DNA from: the human T2T-CHM13v2.0 reference genome, Homo sapiens
Length of the DNA stretch: 64,000 nt
NCBI RefSeq assembly: GCF_009914755.1
Contig: NC_060929.1
Direction: 5' to 3' (one strand)
Shown here: positions 52,780-64,000 of the stretch, in pieces
Position numbering within the stretch: position 1 is the stretch's first letter
Layout: each line of letters begins with the position of its first letter
Translations under genes and position numbers: made by a program
The notes under the pieces: model-generated
What the model was told of the DNA's origin: nothing
Seen by the model: only the letters and a program-made list of their open reading frames with translations
The model's database searches: none

Positions 52780-54600
52780 AAATAACCAAAAGATATATTA
52801 GAAAGGCAATTAGAATCTAAAAATTTTGAAGTATTAGATTGAGATTATTTTGTAACTGCATTCTAAGCATTAAAAAGGTAATTCGTATATTATTGAAATA
52901 ATCCAAGGAATAGAAAAAATTGAAACCTTCCCAGTTCATTTTAAGAAACCGCCATAAGTTTAACATGAAAACTGTCTACAGTATCCTCAAGAAAAGTAAG
53001 GATCATTTTCAAGTATGAATATAGATATTAAAATTAAATAAAATGTTGGCTAATCCATGTTTTAAAATGATAGTAACTTGTGATTAGGGGAAACTTACTC
53101 AGTTTACATGGTTTAACACTAGTAAATCACATATAAAATGTATTATACCAAAAAAATTTGAATTATAATTATTTAATTATATTGTAAGATGTTAGACAAG
53201 AATTGGTGAAATTCATTTATTCCTCATAAAAGCTTATAAAATAAGAATAGATGGAAATTGCTTAGACATGATAGAAAAACATATAAAAATCTACTGTTAA
53301 TATTATATTTTAAAAAGAAAGCTCAAATTATATTTTTCTTTCTCTTTTTTTTTTTTTTGAGACAAAGTCTCACTCTTTTACCCAGTCTGGAGTTCAGTGG
53401 CATGATCTCGACTCACTTCAACCTCCACTTTCCCAGTTTCAAACAATTCTTGTGTCTTAGCCTCCTGAGTAGCTGGGCTCACAGGTGCACGTCACCATGC
53501 CCGTCTAATTTTTGTATTTTTAGTAAAGATGGGTTTCGCCATGTTGCCCAGGCTGGTCTTGAACTCCTTGCCTCAAGCAATCCACTGCCTCATCCTCCCA
53601 AAGTGCTGGGATTACAGGCATGAGTCACTGTGCCCGGCCTCAAATTATTTTCAATAATGTAAGAAGTAATACAGAGATAGCTGCTTATCACTGCTATTAC
53701 ACAAGTAGTATTTTGAAGATTTTAGTTAACATAATGAGGCAAAAATATTTTTATAGATCTTTGAAAAATTAGTATAAATATGTGAAAAGAATTTAAAAAA
53801 TTATCTGCTAATAATGAAATTACACAAGAGGATTTATTAACTCTCAGGCAGATTAAGGAAATTGGTAAGATTGCTGAATTAAAAATATATAAAAATTAAT
53901 AGCTTTTGTGCTAACTAGCAATATCTAGTTAGTAAAGATTATTTGGAGTAAAAAACATTTGTATATGTGTCTATATGTATCCTGATCCAAAGAAAAATAA
54001 ATTATAAACCACTTAGATATAAGTACTTGATTATAAAAGGAAGTTATGAAATATAACAAACATATTTAAAGAAGACTCAAACAGTAAATGTCTGGATAAA
54101 ATAACTCTAATGTCACAAAAATAGCAATAATTCTGAGAACATTATGTAATTTAATGTAATTCCACTCAGCATTTCAATAGATTTCAATAGATTTGGAATA
54201 GGTAAAATTCATTTTAAATAACGAATATAGTAGGATAAATTTTGGAGAAGAGCCAAAACATTTTGAATAAAATAGTGAAGATAGTTATGCCTTAACAAAA
54301 ATTAAAATGTATACCAAGTTGCTATAATCAAAACATCATTCTGTCTTCAGGAGAATCTAAATAAATGGACTGGTGAAAACTAAAATATACCAAAATGGAG
54401 TCAGGTATTAATACGTATAGGAAGTTACTACATGGTAAGGATAAAATTTAATTCACCTTTTAAAGGACAATTTATTTAATAAAGATTGCTGTCATGTGGA
54501 AAAGAAAAAGCTAAGAACCTTGTCTTTCACAATAGGCAAAAACGTAATCTATGTTAAATATTTAAGTGTAAAAAATAAAAATGTTAGAATAAAATTTACG
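52780..54600 (+). mobile_element. Ancient L1ME ORF2 remnant
   Basis: AACCTTCCCAGTTCATTTTAAGAA, ATGAATATAGATATTAAAATTAAATAAAATGTTGGC and GGTTTAACACTAGTAAATC, in L1 order. Confidence 0.65.
53335..53639 (-). mobile_element. Old Alu (AluJb/Sz-like)
   Basis: Diverged full antisense Alu. CTCAAATTAT occurs on both flanks. Confidence 0.92.
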
Positions 54601-54604
54601 AGAA

Positions 54605-54700
54605 TATATATGTGGATATATATATATATACGTATATATATACATATATACGTATATATATATATACGTATATATATATGTGTATATATATATATATATG

Positions 54701-54737
<37 letters not shown>
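54605..54737. repeat. (TA)n-rich microsatellite with TACGTA/TG interruptions
   Basis: Directly visible. Confidence 0.95.
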
Positions 54738-54739
<2 letters not shown>

Positions 54740-54879
54740 AGTGTGAAGGACCACGAAAATTAGACAGATCCCTGGAAGATTTAAAGATATACATATTGGA
54801 CTATTAATCTTTTAAAGCATGTACAGCTATATAGAACCATGAAGTATGGAGATTTTATTCATTTTTCAGGCTAAAGGGC

Positions 54880-55199
54880 CTCCCACAATTTCATGGATCA
54901 GTGTGTTCTTGTGCCTGTTTCTTGAGCCCCAGTTCCCACACGGTGAAATGGAGAGTGTCAGGTAACACATGCAAACACAGTGGGTTACAGAAGAGATGTC
55001 CTGAGCTTAGGGACCCTAAAATTTTTATAATGGACAATAAGCATGCCTGCTTATTATTATTTAGAGGGAGGTATGATCTCTGCTTTCCATGGCTGCTCTC
55101 TATGCAAACATCCTTGTAAAGAGTGCAGAACAAAGGCAGTCAGTGCCTCTGCTCAGTAGACATATGAAAGCCAAGACCCATGGAGAGTTGTCTTCAACA
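54880..55199 (-). mobile_element. ERV1-class solo LTR (MER92/MER67-like; name and left edge uncertain)
   Basis: The minus strand begins TGTTGAAGACAACTCTCCATGGGTCT. Internal CAAACATCCTTG...CAGAACAAAGGCAGTCAGTGCCTCTGCTC. Confidence 0.6.
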
Positions 55200-55811
55200 A
55201 TAGCATAAACAAAATAAAAGGTAAAATAATGAACCTCATAAAAATACTTGCAGCTCATATAATAGACAATGAGTTTGCATAGTTTTGACCCAGAAATCCT
55301 GTGTTGATAACATATCTAACAGGCATTAATCCAGTTCTCTATAACTATTTATTTACAAGGATATTTATATAAGCATTGTTTATAGTGACACCAGTTGAGA
55401 CACAACCTGAATGTCTACCAAAAGAATGATTATATTAATTCAACTATTTCTCTACTTAGTCCTTGGGAAGACCAGTGTTCTATGTATTTATTTTGAACTC
55501 GTGAATAGGAAAAAAGCAACTTCAGAGTAAATGTTAGAAAGAGCAAGAAGGACAGAAGGAAGGAAGGAAGCAAATCGATCTCTAGGTATTGGTATACATT
55601 TTTGTGAACATAGAGAAAGGAATAGAAAAGTATATTACTATTGGATTCCTTAGGGAAAATGCAATATAGGGAAGATAGATTATTAACTTTCTAAAAATGT
55701 GGTTCATCTTTGTATTGCTTCCCCTATTACAAATTAATAAAACACAAAAAATAAAAATAAATTGGCCATTCTTTTGGCAGTAAATGAGGCCCAACATGCC
55801 TTGTTTGGGAC

Positions 55812-55975
55812 TCATTCATTCATCTATTTATTAAACAAATATTACTGAGTGTTTTCTCAGTGTCAAATACTGATTAGACAGGGAAAACACCAGTGAGCAA
55901 AAGAAATTCTCTGCCATTGTGGAACTTATATTCTAGTGGGGATGTCAGAAAATATAAAAATAAACATATAATATG
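55812..55975 (-). mobile_element. L2 3' end
   Basis: TCATTCATTCAT...AACAAATATTACTGAGTG...TGGAACTTATATTCTAGTGGGG. Confidence 0.8.
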
Positions 55976-56175
55976 TCTTCATACAAAATTATTGTTACAT
56001 AGTATATTTTATACTGCATAAAAAGCCCTCTAAATCTAAGTTATTTAGATTGTGGCTTAGAAGAAAGCCATTTTAAGTTCTCAGAGTTAAGAGGAAAGAA
56101 AAAGATGAATAAGAACCTACAATGACATTTGATCTCAACTAACCTGTGTAACATAGCAACTCACACATATGTTTA

Positions 56176-56703
56176 CGGTAGTCTCCCCTTTTCCTCAGTT
56201 TTGCTTTCTGTAGTTTCAGTTACTCGTGGCCAGCTGAGGTCTGAAAATGTGAAATGAAAATTTCCAGAAGTAAACAATTCATAAGTTTTAAATTGCATGT
56301 AATCCTGAGTAGCGTGATGAAATCTCGCAGTGTCTGGCCCCATCTTGCCCCGTACCTGAACTACCCCTTTGTGCAGCGTATCCACACTATCTATGCTACT
56401 GGCCCATTAATCACTTAGTAGCTCAGTTATCAGATTAACTGTCATGGCTTGTGTTCAAGTCAACTTTATTTAAGTTAATAATGGCCCCAAAATGCAAGAG
56501 TAGTGTTGCTGGCATATTGTTATCATTCTTGTATTTCGTTATCAGTGATTGTTGTTAATGTCTTACTGTGCCTAATTTATAAGTTGAACTTTATCATAGG
56601 TATGTATAGGAAAAACATAGTATATACAAGGTTTGGTATGTGGTTTTAGTCATCCACTAGGGATTTTGGAATGTGTTTTCCCCAGGATAAAGGGTGACTA
56701 CTG
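56176..56703. mobile_element. MER44 (Tigger7-derived, MER44B-sized)
   Basis: TIRs CGGTAGTCTCCCCTTTTCC / GGATAAAGGGTGACTACTG, with TA on both sides. Confidence 0.88.
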
Positions 56704-57215
56704 TACTTATGTTACAGAACACCAAAGCAGGTTTCACTTTGGGTAAGAATAAACAGGAGATGAGCAATCTTCCATCCAGAGTCCTTTTTTGGTATGAAAA
56801 CATTCTTAAACCCTGTCTTAAACTACTGCGGATTGCAAGTACTGGATCCCAAAAGGAAGGATTCACTGAGGGTAACTGTAAGACAACTACAGTAAATGTT
56901 AACCCTAAGAGAAACCTGGCAGACCTAATCTCAGCAACTGGTTTACTGATATCTGAATGCATGTGAGAATGCTTCTGAATGATGTGGTTCCTCAAATCCA
57001 GAACTGAAAGGCAGCTGTTAAATGAGCTTCACTCATATCTAGTTAGGGCAGTCTCTAAATTCTAGAATTTTCTGAAAATAAGAAGAGGAAGTTAGTGTAA
57101 ATGTGGCTTTCCTGTTGGAGCACGCAGTAAACAGACTCCTAAGAGTAGCAAGAGTAGAATTTTTGGACCTAAGAGCAAGATGGAATTTTTTTGCTTTTTT
57201 ATTTAAAAAAAAAGA

Positions 57216-57578
<363 letters not shown>

Positions 57579-58254
57579 TTAGACAGTAGTCCATCTGTGT
57601 TGTGTTGGTGAAGTTTGTGAGGACAGTAGCAGCTTCCTGGCTTGGTGTTTATGTCAATTAATGGTGGTATCTGAAGCTTTACTCATTGAAGCTAACATGC
57701 AGGTTATGGGGCTCTAAAGTCACAAATACAAATTCATTTTCTTAGTGGGTTTGCTTATCATTTAATATGGTGCTTCTCTTTTGGAGCTTCTAGAACTGCT
57801 GGGTTATTCTGTAACTTAATGATAACAATGCAGGTGAAACTCTTCCACAAAATAAAGCAAAAAATATTAATGGCTGTCAAATTACTCAGCATAAAAGCCA
57901 AGAAATAATAGTTGTACAAGGCAGTGGCTGTTTAAAAAGAATTGTCAATTAAAGTGTTTAGCCATTTGCAAACAAATTCATCAGACAAAAGCAGGTACTG
58001 GTAAAATATTTAAATCCTTAAAATAATAAAAGAAGATTAAGGTGTCAAAGTTGATGAAAACAAATATCCCATAGTAAAAGCAGGAATATTTTCTTTCTAA
58101 ATCAAAAACTCTAGTGCTGCTGTCACTGCAGTTGTATTCGTATGTGGGTGAGAGAGGTAGAGAGGTATTTGGGTGTCTGGTTAGACTTGAAGTGGTCTGA
58201 ATGTTAGCAGGATTATTGATAAACGTGATATCTCTTCATGCACATAACAAATCA

Positions 58255-58395
58255 CCTTGCATTTGCGTAGCATTTTATACTTCACCAAATGCTTTCACAT
58301 ATATTATTTCACTTAATCTTTTCAAGACTGTTGTTACTAACAAAGAAACTGAATTTCAAAGAGGGAAAGTGAATTGCCCAAATTCACACAGCATC
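58255..58395 (-). mobile_element. MIR
   Basis: GCTTTCACATATATTATTTCACTTAATC...AAGAAACTGAA...AAGTGAATTGCCCAAATTCACACAGC. Confidence 0.8.
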
Positions 58396-58604
58396 TATAT
58401 CAAAAGTAAAGTTTCTTATTTCTCACACAGCTCACTGCAGCCACACTATAGCTGCCTTTTGGTTTATAGTGTAGTGGATGAATTGCTTGCCTGTCTGTTC
58501 TAGAATGATTTATCTGACTGTGAAATAACAATATAAGCATTTTTTGGCAAATTCCAATATTCTTTGTCAAAAAAACCCCGAAAAACAAAACAAAACAAAA
58601 AAAC

Positions 58605-58780
58605 ATAGAGCTGTCTTAGATTATCTAGATCAAACTCTTCCTTTCACAGTTGAGGAAAGGAAGGCTGAAAAATTTACCCAAGGGCCTTTAGCAAGTTGGA
58701 GAACAGTCAGGAACAGGTGGACATATCTTATGTGCTAAGCCACTGAGGACTCTTTTCTGCTCTCCTGTGCTGCCTCTACC
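58605..58780 (-). mobile_element. MIR3/MIRc fragment
   Basis: CTTAGATTATCTAGATCAAACTCTTCCTTTCACAGTTGAGGAAA...TGTGCTGCCTC. Confidence 0.6.
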
Positions 58781-59587
58781 TTATCACCCAACTTGTTCTC
58801 AGCATATCTACTAAAACTCACAGAATTCACACAGAAGGCCAGATATATTGATGTGGCCTCAAACCCTCAGGGATATTAGACATATAAACAGATTTTCTAG
58901 GATAGAAGTTTTTTCTTGGAGGATCAGGGTGGTCTTCAAGCTTCAGTACAGTACCATGACTTTGATCTCTGATTTCCACTGATCTGTTAGGTGAATTGTC
59001 CCTGAGTTTATTTCCTATTTTCGTGAATGTAATTTTCTCTATAAAATTGCCTTGATAAATACATAAGTACTTCTTGTAGATATAAATATATATGATACTA
59101 AAGAGGCCAAGAAATACTGATTTGTGCTTCATTTTGTTTATTTGTACTCATAAAAATACCTAATAACTATAATGTGGGATGATTATGCATCTTATTGGGT
59201 AAAATTATTTGCGATGCTCTAGGCAGCAAGAGCAGTCTTCACTTTTATGTAGAGAAACCATTATGTTGTTGAAATTTTAGAAGATAAACAATGCGTAGGT
59301 CATTTTTCATGGTTATGAATACTTATCTACCTATTACAATGATATATTTGGTCTATGAACTTTATTGTTTATAGAGTAGAATTACTAAATCACTAAAACT
59401 CAGAAAGGCTATAAAATGATTAATAATTATACCAAGTTAAATTGACATTACCATTATATAAAAGTAAAAAAACTAACATTGGTATCGTACTTTTAGAGCT
59501 ACTGTACCTTTATTTAAGGCCAACTAAACAGGTATTTGTGATAGTCATAATCCCAAGGATATGTCCAAACTTGGTTGGTTTTTAACT

Positions 59588-59648
59588 TTCAAATGAATAA
59601 CACAATATTCAAATGAATAACACAATATTCAAATGAATAAGACAATAT
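59588..59648. repeat. 20-bp tandem repeat x3 (TTCAAATGAATAACACAATA)
   Basis: Directly visible, with one mismatch in the third copy. Confidence 0.9.
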
Positions 59649-59918
59649 TATTCTTATTCAATTGTTACTAATATGGAATATTAGTTAATATATATTAGTT
59701 AATATTCTTATTCCATTTGTTAATAATGCCTTTATTAGCTAACATAATTTAATATTTCTAAAACCTAAGTTAATGAATTATTCGAATGTTTTTAATTGAG
59801 AAGGTAGAAGGAAACGAAGGAAACAACACTGTTGTTGTAATATAATTTCTCTGATTTGTTACCTGGAAATGGTTAGATTATATCACTTGCTGATGAGTAG
59901 GATCAAAGAGTGACCTGG

Positions 59919-60098
59919 GGCCGGGCACTCACGCCTGTAATCCCAGCACTTTGGGAGGCCGAGGCGGGCAGATCACTTGAGGTTGGGAGCTCGAGATCAG
60001 CGTGACCAACATGGTGAAACTCTGTCTCTACTAGAAAAATAATAATAATAATAATAATACAAAAATTAGCCAGGCATGGTACCATATGTCTCCAAAAA

Positions 60099-60126
<28 letters not shown>
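59919..60126 (+). mobile_element. Internally deleted AluSp/Sq
   Basis: Left arm, an (AAT)n-expanded linker, then only the ends of the right arm and poly-A. 14-bp TSD AAAGAGTGACCTGG (59905-59918 and 60127-60140). Confidence 0.92.
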
Positions 60127-60129
<3 letters not shown>

Positions 60130-61765
60130 GAGTGACCTGGCTAAATGAATAAGAGATATCTGTGCTGACTCTTCTGTAACAGACAGTTTTCTACACATGC
60201 TGGCTCCTTATTTGTCACTTGAAGATGATTCTTGGTCACTGTCTGTCCATAAATGTTCATGAAGTTTCCTTTAGATTAAAATGTATCAACAATGCATTAT
60301 TAAATTTTATTATTTAGATTTTGAACTCTTGTTTCATTACTGGCAAGTCCCCAAAGGTCAGCAAAGTGCTGAAAATGTGTCCCACTGTGTCATGTTGAAT
60401 AATTTCTAAAGACTTTTTAAATGAAAGGACCAGGATTGAAAGTAGATTAAGTATCCACTTTCAACTTACTTATCAAATATTAGATCAACTATAAAGAATA
60501 GTTAACTTGCCTAATGTTTTTAGTAGCCTGAACTTGCTAAGAGCATGCTCACGTACCCCGTTCCATGATGGGATTTGTCAGACTACCTTAAGTAGTAGCT
60601 TAGATTTAATGAAACAAGAGTAAATGATTTAATCCATGGAAATTGCTGGCAACTATGTCTGACACACAGCAAGTACCCAAAAGGGTAGCCATTGTTGACA
60701 TAGTAGTTTTTTTTTTCAGAGGAAGGATTATATCTCAGGTGGGTTTCTGGATTTGCTAATATTATTTCTTTCAAGTTTAATTGGAAGCCCTCCTTGTGCA
60801 TCTCAGTATAATTATCTTCAGAATTCTATCTTAATTGTTTTTGTGTTTTCCACCTGAGACTTTGGACTTCCCTTTTCTTTGCTTTCCGTCCTGACTTAGA
60901 ACAGAACTCTAGACTCTTCTTACAGGTGGATGACTGCTGTGAGCAAGAATGTTCAACATGTTGCCTTCCTTATTTGAATCAGGTCATGTCGACCTACTTG
61001 AAGTCTCAGTCCAATGCCTTCTTGTATAGTAATGCTCCTTGTTTCCCCCAGATTTTTACATGGACAGGAAAGAGGGAAGTGTATATTAGGGGGTTAGGAT
61101 GATTCAAATACACATTATTTCAGCTTGAGAGTTGGTGTCATCCTCTTAATGATATTATGGAAATTCATCATGTTTGGAACATTAAATGGTACCTATAGTA
61201 CATCTTTTAATTTGCCTCAATTAGAACTGACAAGGTTAATGAGAAGTTTAGTTATTTGGGGGGAAGTTACACAATGTAAAATGTATATTGACCAACATTG
61301 AAAAGAACATGTAGGTAGATGATAGTGAAAGGTAAGATATATATGGATCAAAGAGCACAGAACATATCTGAAAGAGGCAGAGAGGATAATAGATGTTTCC
61401 AGCTACTAAATACTTCTTTTTTTTATAAGTTTGCATTACTTTTGCAAGAAGTTAGGCTTTATTTCCTGGCAGTCAAAGCAAAAAATAAGTGTACATGGTT
61501 TTGTAGTCTCATTTACCCACTAGAAAATTATTTCAAATTTATTTACAGAGAAGAAAACATAATCTTTGAAATTAAACTCAAGCAACTATTTATCATAGTG
61601 ATTTCTGACCATAGAGAGACACAATGTACATTATTTAAAGCAAGCATTTCCAAGTACTTTTTCTGACTTCCATTATACTGAGCATAATATTAACAAATTT
61701 TTTTAAGTTGCCCCTATTAATCCATAAGTTATAGAGAGCTGTGAAGAAGAGGGTCACAGCATATA

Positions 61766-61898
61766 GTGTAGTAACCGTTTAATGAATTATTCAAACTGGA
61801 ACTCTTGAGGGTGTGAAAGGGGCACTGTTGGCAATTATGCCATGACAGCAGGCGAAAACCAGATTGTCCTGGTAAAAACTGCAGTGAATGATCACCCT
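61766..61898. mobile_element. MER94-like hAT-Blackjack MITE
   Basis: ATTATTCAAACTGGAACTCTTGAGGGTGTGAAAGGGGCACTGTT...TGTCCTGGTAAA...ATGATCACCCT. Confidence 0.65.
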
Positions 61899-62162
61899 AG
61901 TACAGGGTGTTACCATATTGTCCCTTTCAGATTTAAGTGTTAGGAAATTTTCAGGAGTAAATTTCTACAAAGACAAAGTTTCTGCATAAAATAAAACATG
62001 AGAAGAGAATAGACAATCAAAATAGCAAGACATTCTCTAAGTTCTGCTGATGATACAATGGAGATTAACATTTCTTTTTTTTTAGACATGAACTTAAAGT
62101 TCTGTAGACCACATTTGTGAAGAACGTAAACATGGTATCACGAAAGTTCTCAGTATATTTCT

Positions 62163-62477
62163 TTTTCTTTCTTTCTTTTTTTTTTTTTTAATGAGAGGGA
62201 ATCTGGCTCTGTCACCTAGGCTGGGTGGAGTGCAGTTGTGTGATTGTGGCTCACTACAACCTCCACCTCTCGGGTTCAAGCCATCTCCTGCCTCAGCCTC
62301 CCAAGTAGCTGGGATTACAGGTGCGTGCCACTACACCCAGCTAATTTTTGTATTTTTACTAGAGATGAGGTTTCACCATGTTGGCCAGGCTGATCTCGAA
62401 TTCCTGACCCCAAGTGATCTGCCTGCCTCGGCCTCCCAAAGTGCTGGGGTTACAGGCATGAGCCACTGTGCCTGGCC
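62163..62477 (-). mobile_element. AluS (Sx/Sz-like)
   Basis: Full antisense Alu. TSD CTCAGTA(T/C)ATTTCT at 62149-62162 and 62478-62491. Confidence 0.95.
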
Positions 62478-62683
62478 CTCAGTACATTTCTAAAAAGAAT
62501 TTTTTCTCTGACAATATTATGATAGATTCAAATATACAAAAATAAATCCAAACTATTAAAATTAGGCATAAATTGGAATTAGTCTGAATGAATAAGAACC
62601 TAAACAGTTCGGAATTAAAAAAAAAACCTAGCTTCAAAAAAAAAAAAAAGAATGGGCAGTATTTTATTTTGTTTTTCAACAAG

Positions 62684-62750
62684 AGGTATGCAAGGCTGAT
62701 TTCTTGCAAAAATATCATCGATCTGAATATGAAGAGAAGAAGACTTGCAG
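62684..62750 (+). other. Candidate small exon
   Basis: Pyrimidine tract TTTTATTTTGTTTTTCAACAAG upstream and consensus-like donor CAG/GTAAGG, in apparently unique sequence. No transcript evidence is available. Confidence 0.3.
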
Positions 62751-63181
62751 GTAAGGATAAATATGCTGAAATTTAGTACCCCATGTTATGTTTAGTTACA
62801 TGTTATGAGAGTGGCTTAGTATCTTGGCAACATATGATACGTATAACATTCTTTTTATGAGAGCTTTTAAAATTACTCACATATGCTTGCCTAGATTGTC
62901 TGGTTCCTTATGGTTTCCATTGTGCTATATAAACAAAGTTAAGGATGTGCATTCCTAGTAAGAGCCTGCTAAGAGCCTAGGAAAATGGGAAGAAATCTTT
63001 TAATGATAGTGTGTATTTTCATTTTTCTGTAGCCTTATAAAGAACCAGGAAATACCATGTCTAGCATGAGCAGTTTGGATAAGCCTTTTAAAAAAAGGAA
63101 TGTTATATTATAAACAAGCTACATTGTTCCTTAACTGATGTGTATCCCCAAAGTCAGCATGATTCTCTGTTATCTTAACAG

Positions 63182-63238
63182 GTTTGGGTCTAGAACTGGG
63201 GAACTTGACAGAGCTTCTTCATTATAATGGGAATCTGA
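63182..63238 (+). other. Candidate small exon
   Basis: Acceptor TTCTCTGTTATCTTAACAG and donor GA/GTGAGT, 57 nt. Confidence 0.27.
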
Positions 63239-64000
63239 GTGAGTTTCTAAGCCCACTCAGATAGGGTCTCTGGAGAATTGGAAGTGTCCCTTTTATTGAG
63301 GAGTAGAGAGTGCTCGCCTAGTGTTGAGCTCATTTTCAAAGGTTCTCTGAGACCAGAGGTTTAGAAATGAAAGGCTGCTGTATCTGCTTTGATGTGTCAG
63401 AACAACATTAGAGACATTTCCAGTAGTTGGATGGAAATGTCAGCTGATAATATGAAAAGGTAGAGTGCACAGGGCACATCTCAGGAAGTTTGATAAAAAT
63501 GGCATTCAGGAGATAGCTCGTAATTGGGTCCTATAAGTGATGTAATGAAGTCTATGGCCCCTGAAGGAATGCAGGCAAGAGTCTGTGAAATGCACAAGCA
63601 AGATTCAGAGTGAGCCGTCTATGGTCTATTTTGGGCCACACTTAGAGCCACATTGGTCTCACTGAGTTGTCTCTACTGCCTGATTCTGAGCCTCTTACTA
63701 ATGGAAAGGAATTTAATATTTCTCTCCGGCCATCCATAGACCATTCATTGCCCACCCATAGTGATGAGTAGATTGTGCCTCCATAACCAGCAGGCTGACT
63801 CTGGTGTTTTAAGAACATATCTAGGACAGATGATGTTTAGGATGCTTATGTGGTTTGATTGGCAAGCTGTATTTATACCAATATATAAAAACAGAATATT
63901 TCCATGAAGATATGGATTTCTAATTTCTCCAAATAATGGAAAATTCCTCTAATAACAGAACCTGGTAATGCGGTACATTGCATCCTGGTAACAGTCAGGT

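Noticed and set aside
56657-56995. Overlapping 112-aa and 90-aa ORFs in apparently unique sequence
   Set aside because: They have non-ATG starts, overlap the MER44 end, and show no recognisable domain or convincing splice pair.
59588-59648. Short direct repeats as a CRISPR-like array (also 43050-43102, 38128-38165, 40802-40843)
   Set aside because: They are head-to-tail or two-copy duplications with no unique spacers, in eukaryotic DNA with no cas genes.
62086-62134. Strong acceptor TTTCTTTTTTTTAG with a downstream GT
   Set aside because: There are stops in all three frames and the donor is weak. T-tracts are ubiquitous here, so it is unsupported as a coding exon.

Overview
This is an AT-rich, CpG-depleted primate genomic window. 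It is almost certainly human, because it carries an AluYa5 with all five diagnostic bases and an L1PA2-type 3' end. It looks intronic or intergenic: I see no recognisable protein-coding exon, CpG island, RNA gene or CRISPR-like array. Much of it is transposable-element debris of all ages: L2, MIR, L1ME/MC/MB/MA, L1PA15/16, L1PA2, Alu J/S/Y/Ya5, MLT1/MLT2/LTR28-like LTRs, and MER/Tigger/MADE1 DNA elements. The ORFs in the track that resemble anything known are Alu, L1 or microsatellite read-throughs. The best-supported non-TE structure is a ~1 kb, 5'-truncated retrocopy of an unidentified RNA at 16322-17321, with an A-rich tail and a perfect 15-bp target-site duplication (TSD). Other notable items are a near-pristine AluYa5 (candidate polymorphism), several structurally odd retroelements, and a speculative chain of phase-compatible small exons at 60.9-63.2 kb. 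I find no convincing evidence of a novel biological system. Repeat subfamily names come from recalled consensus motifs and need RepeatMasker/Dfam confirmation, and the boundaries of old elements are approximate.
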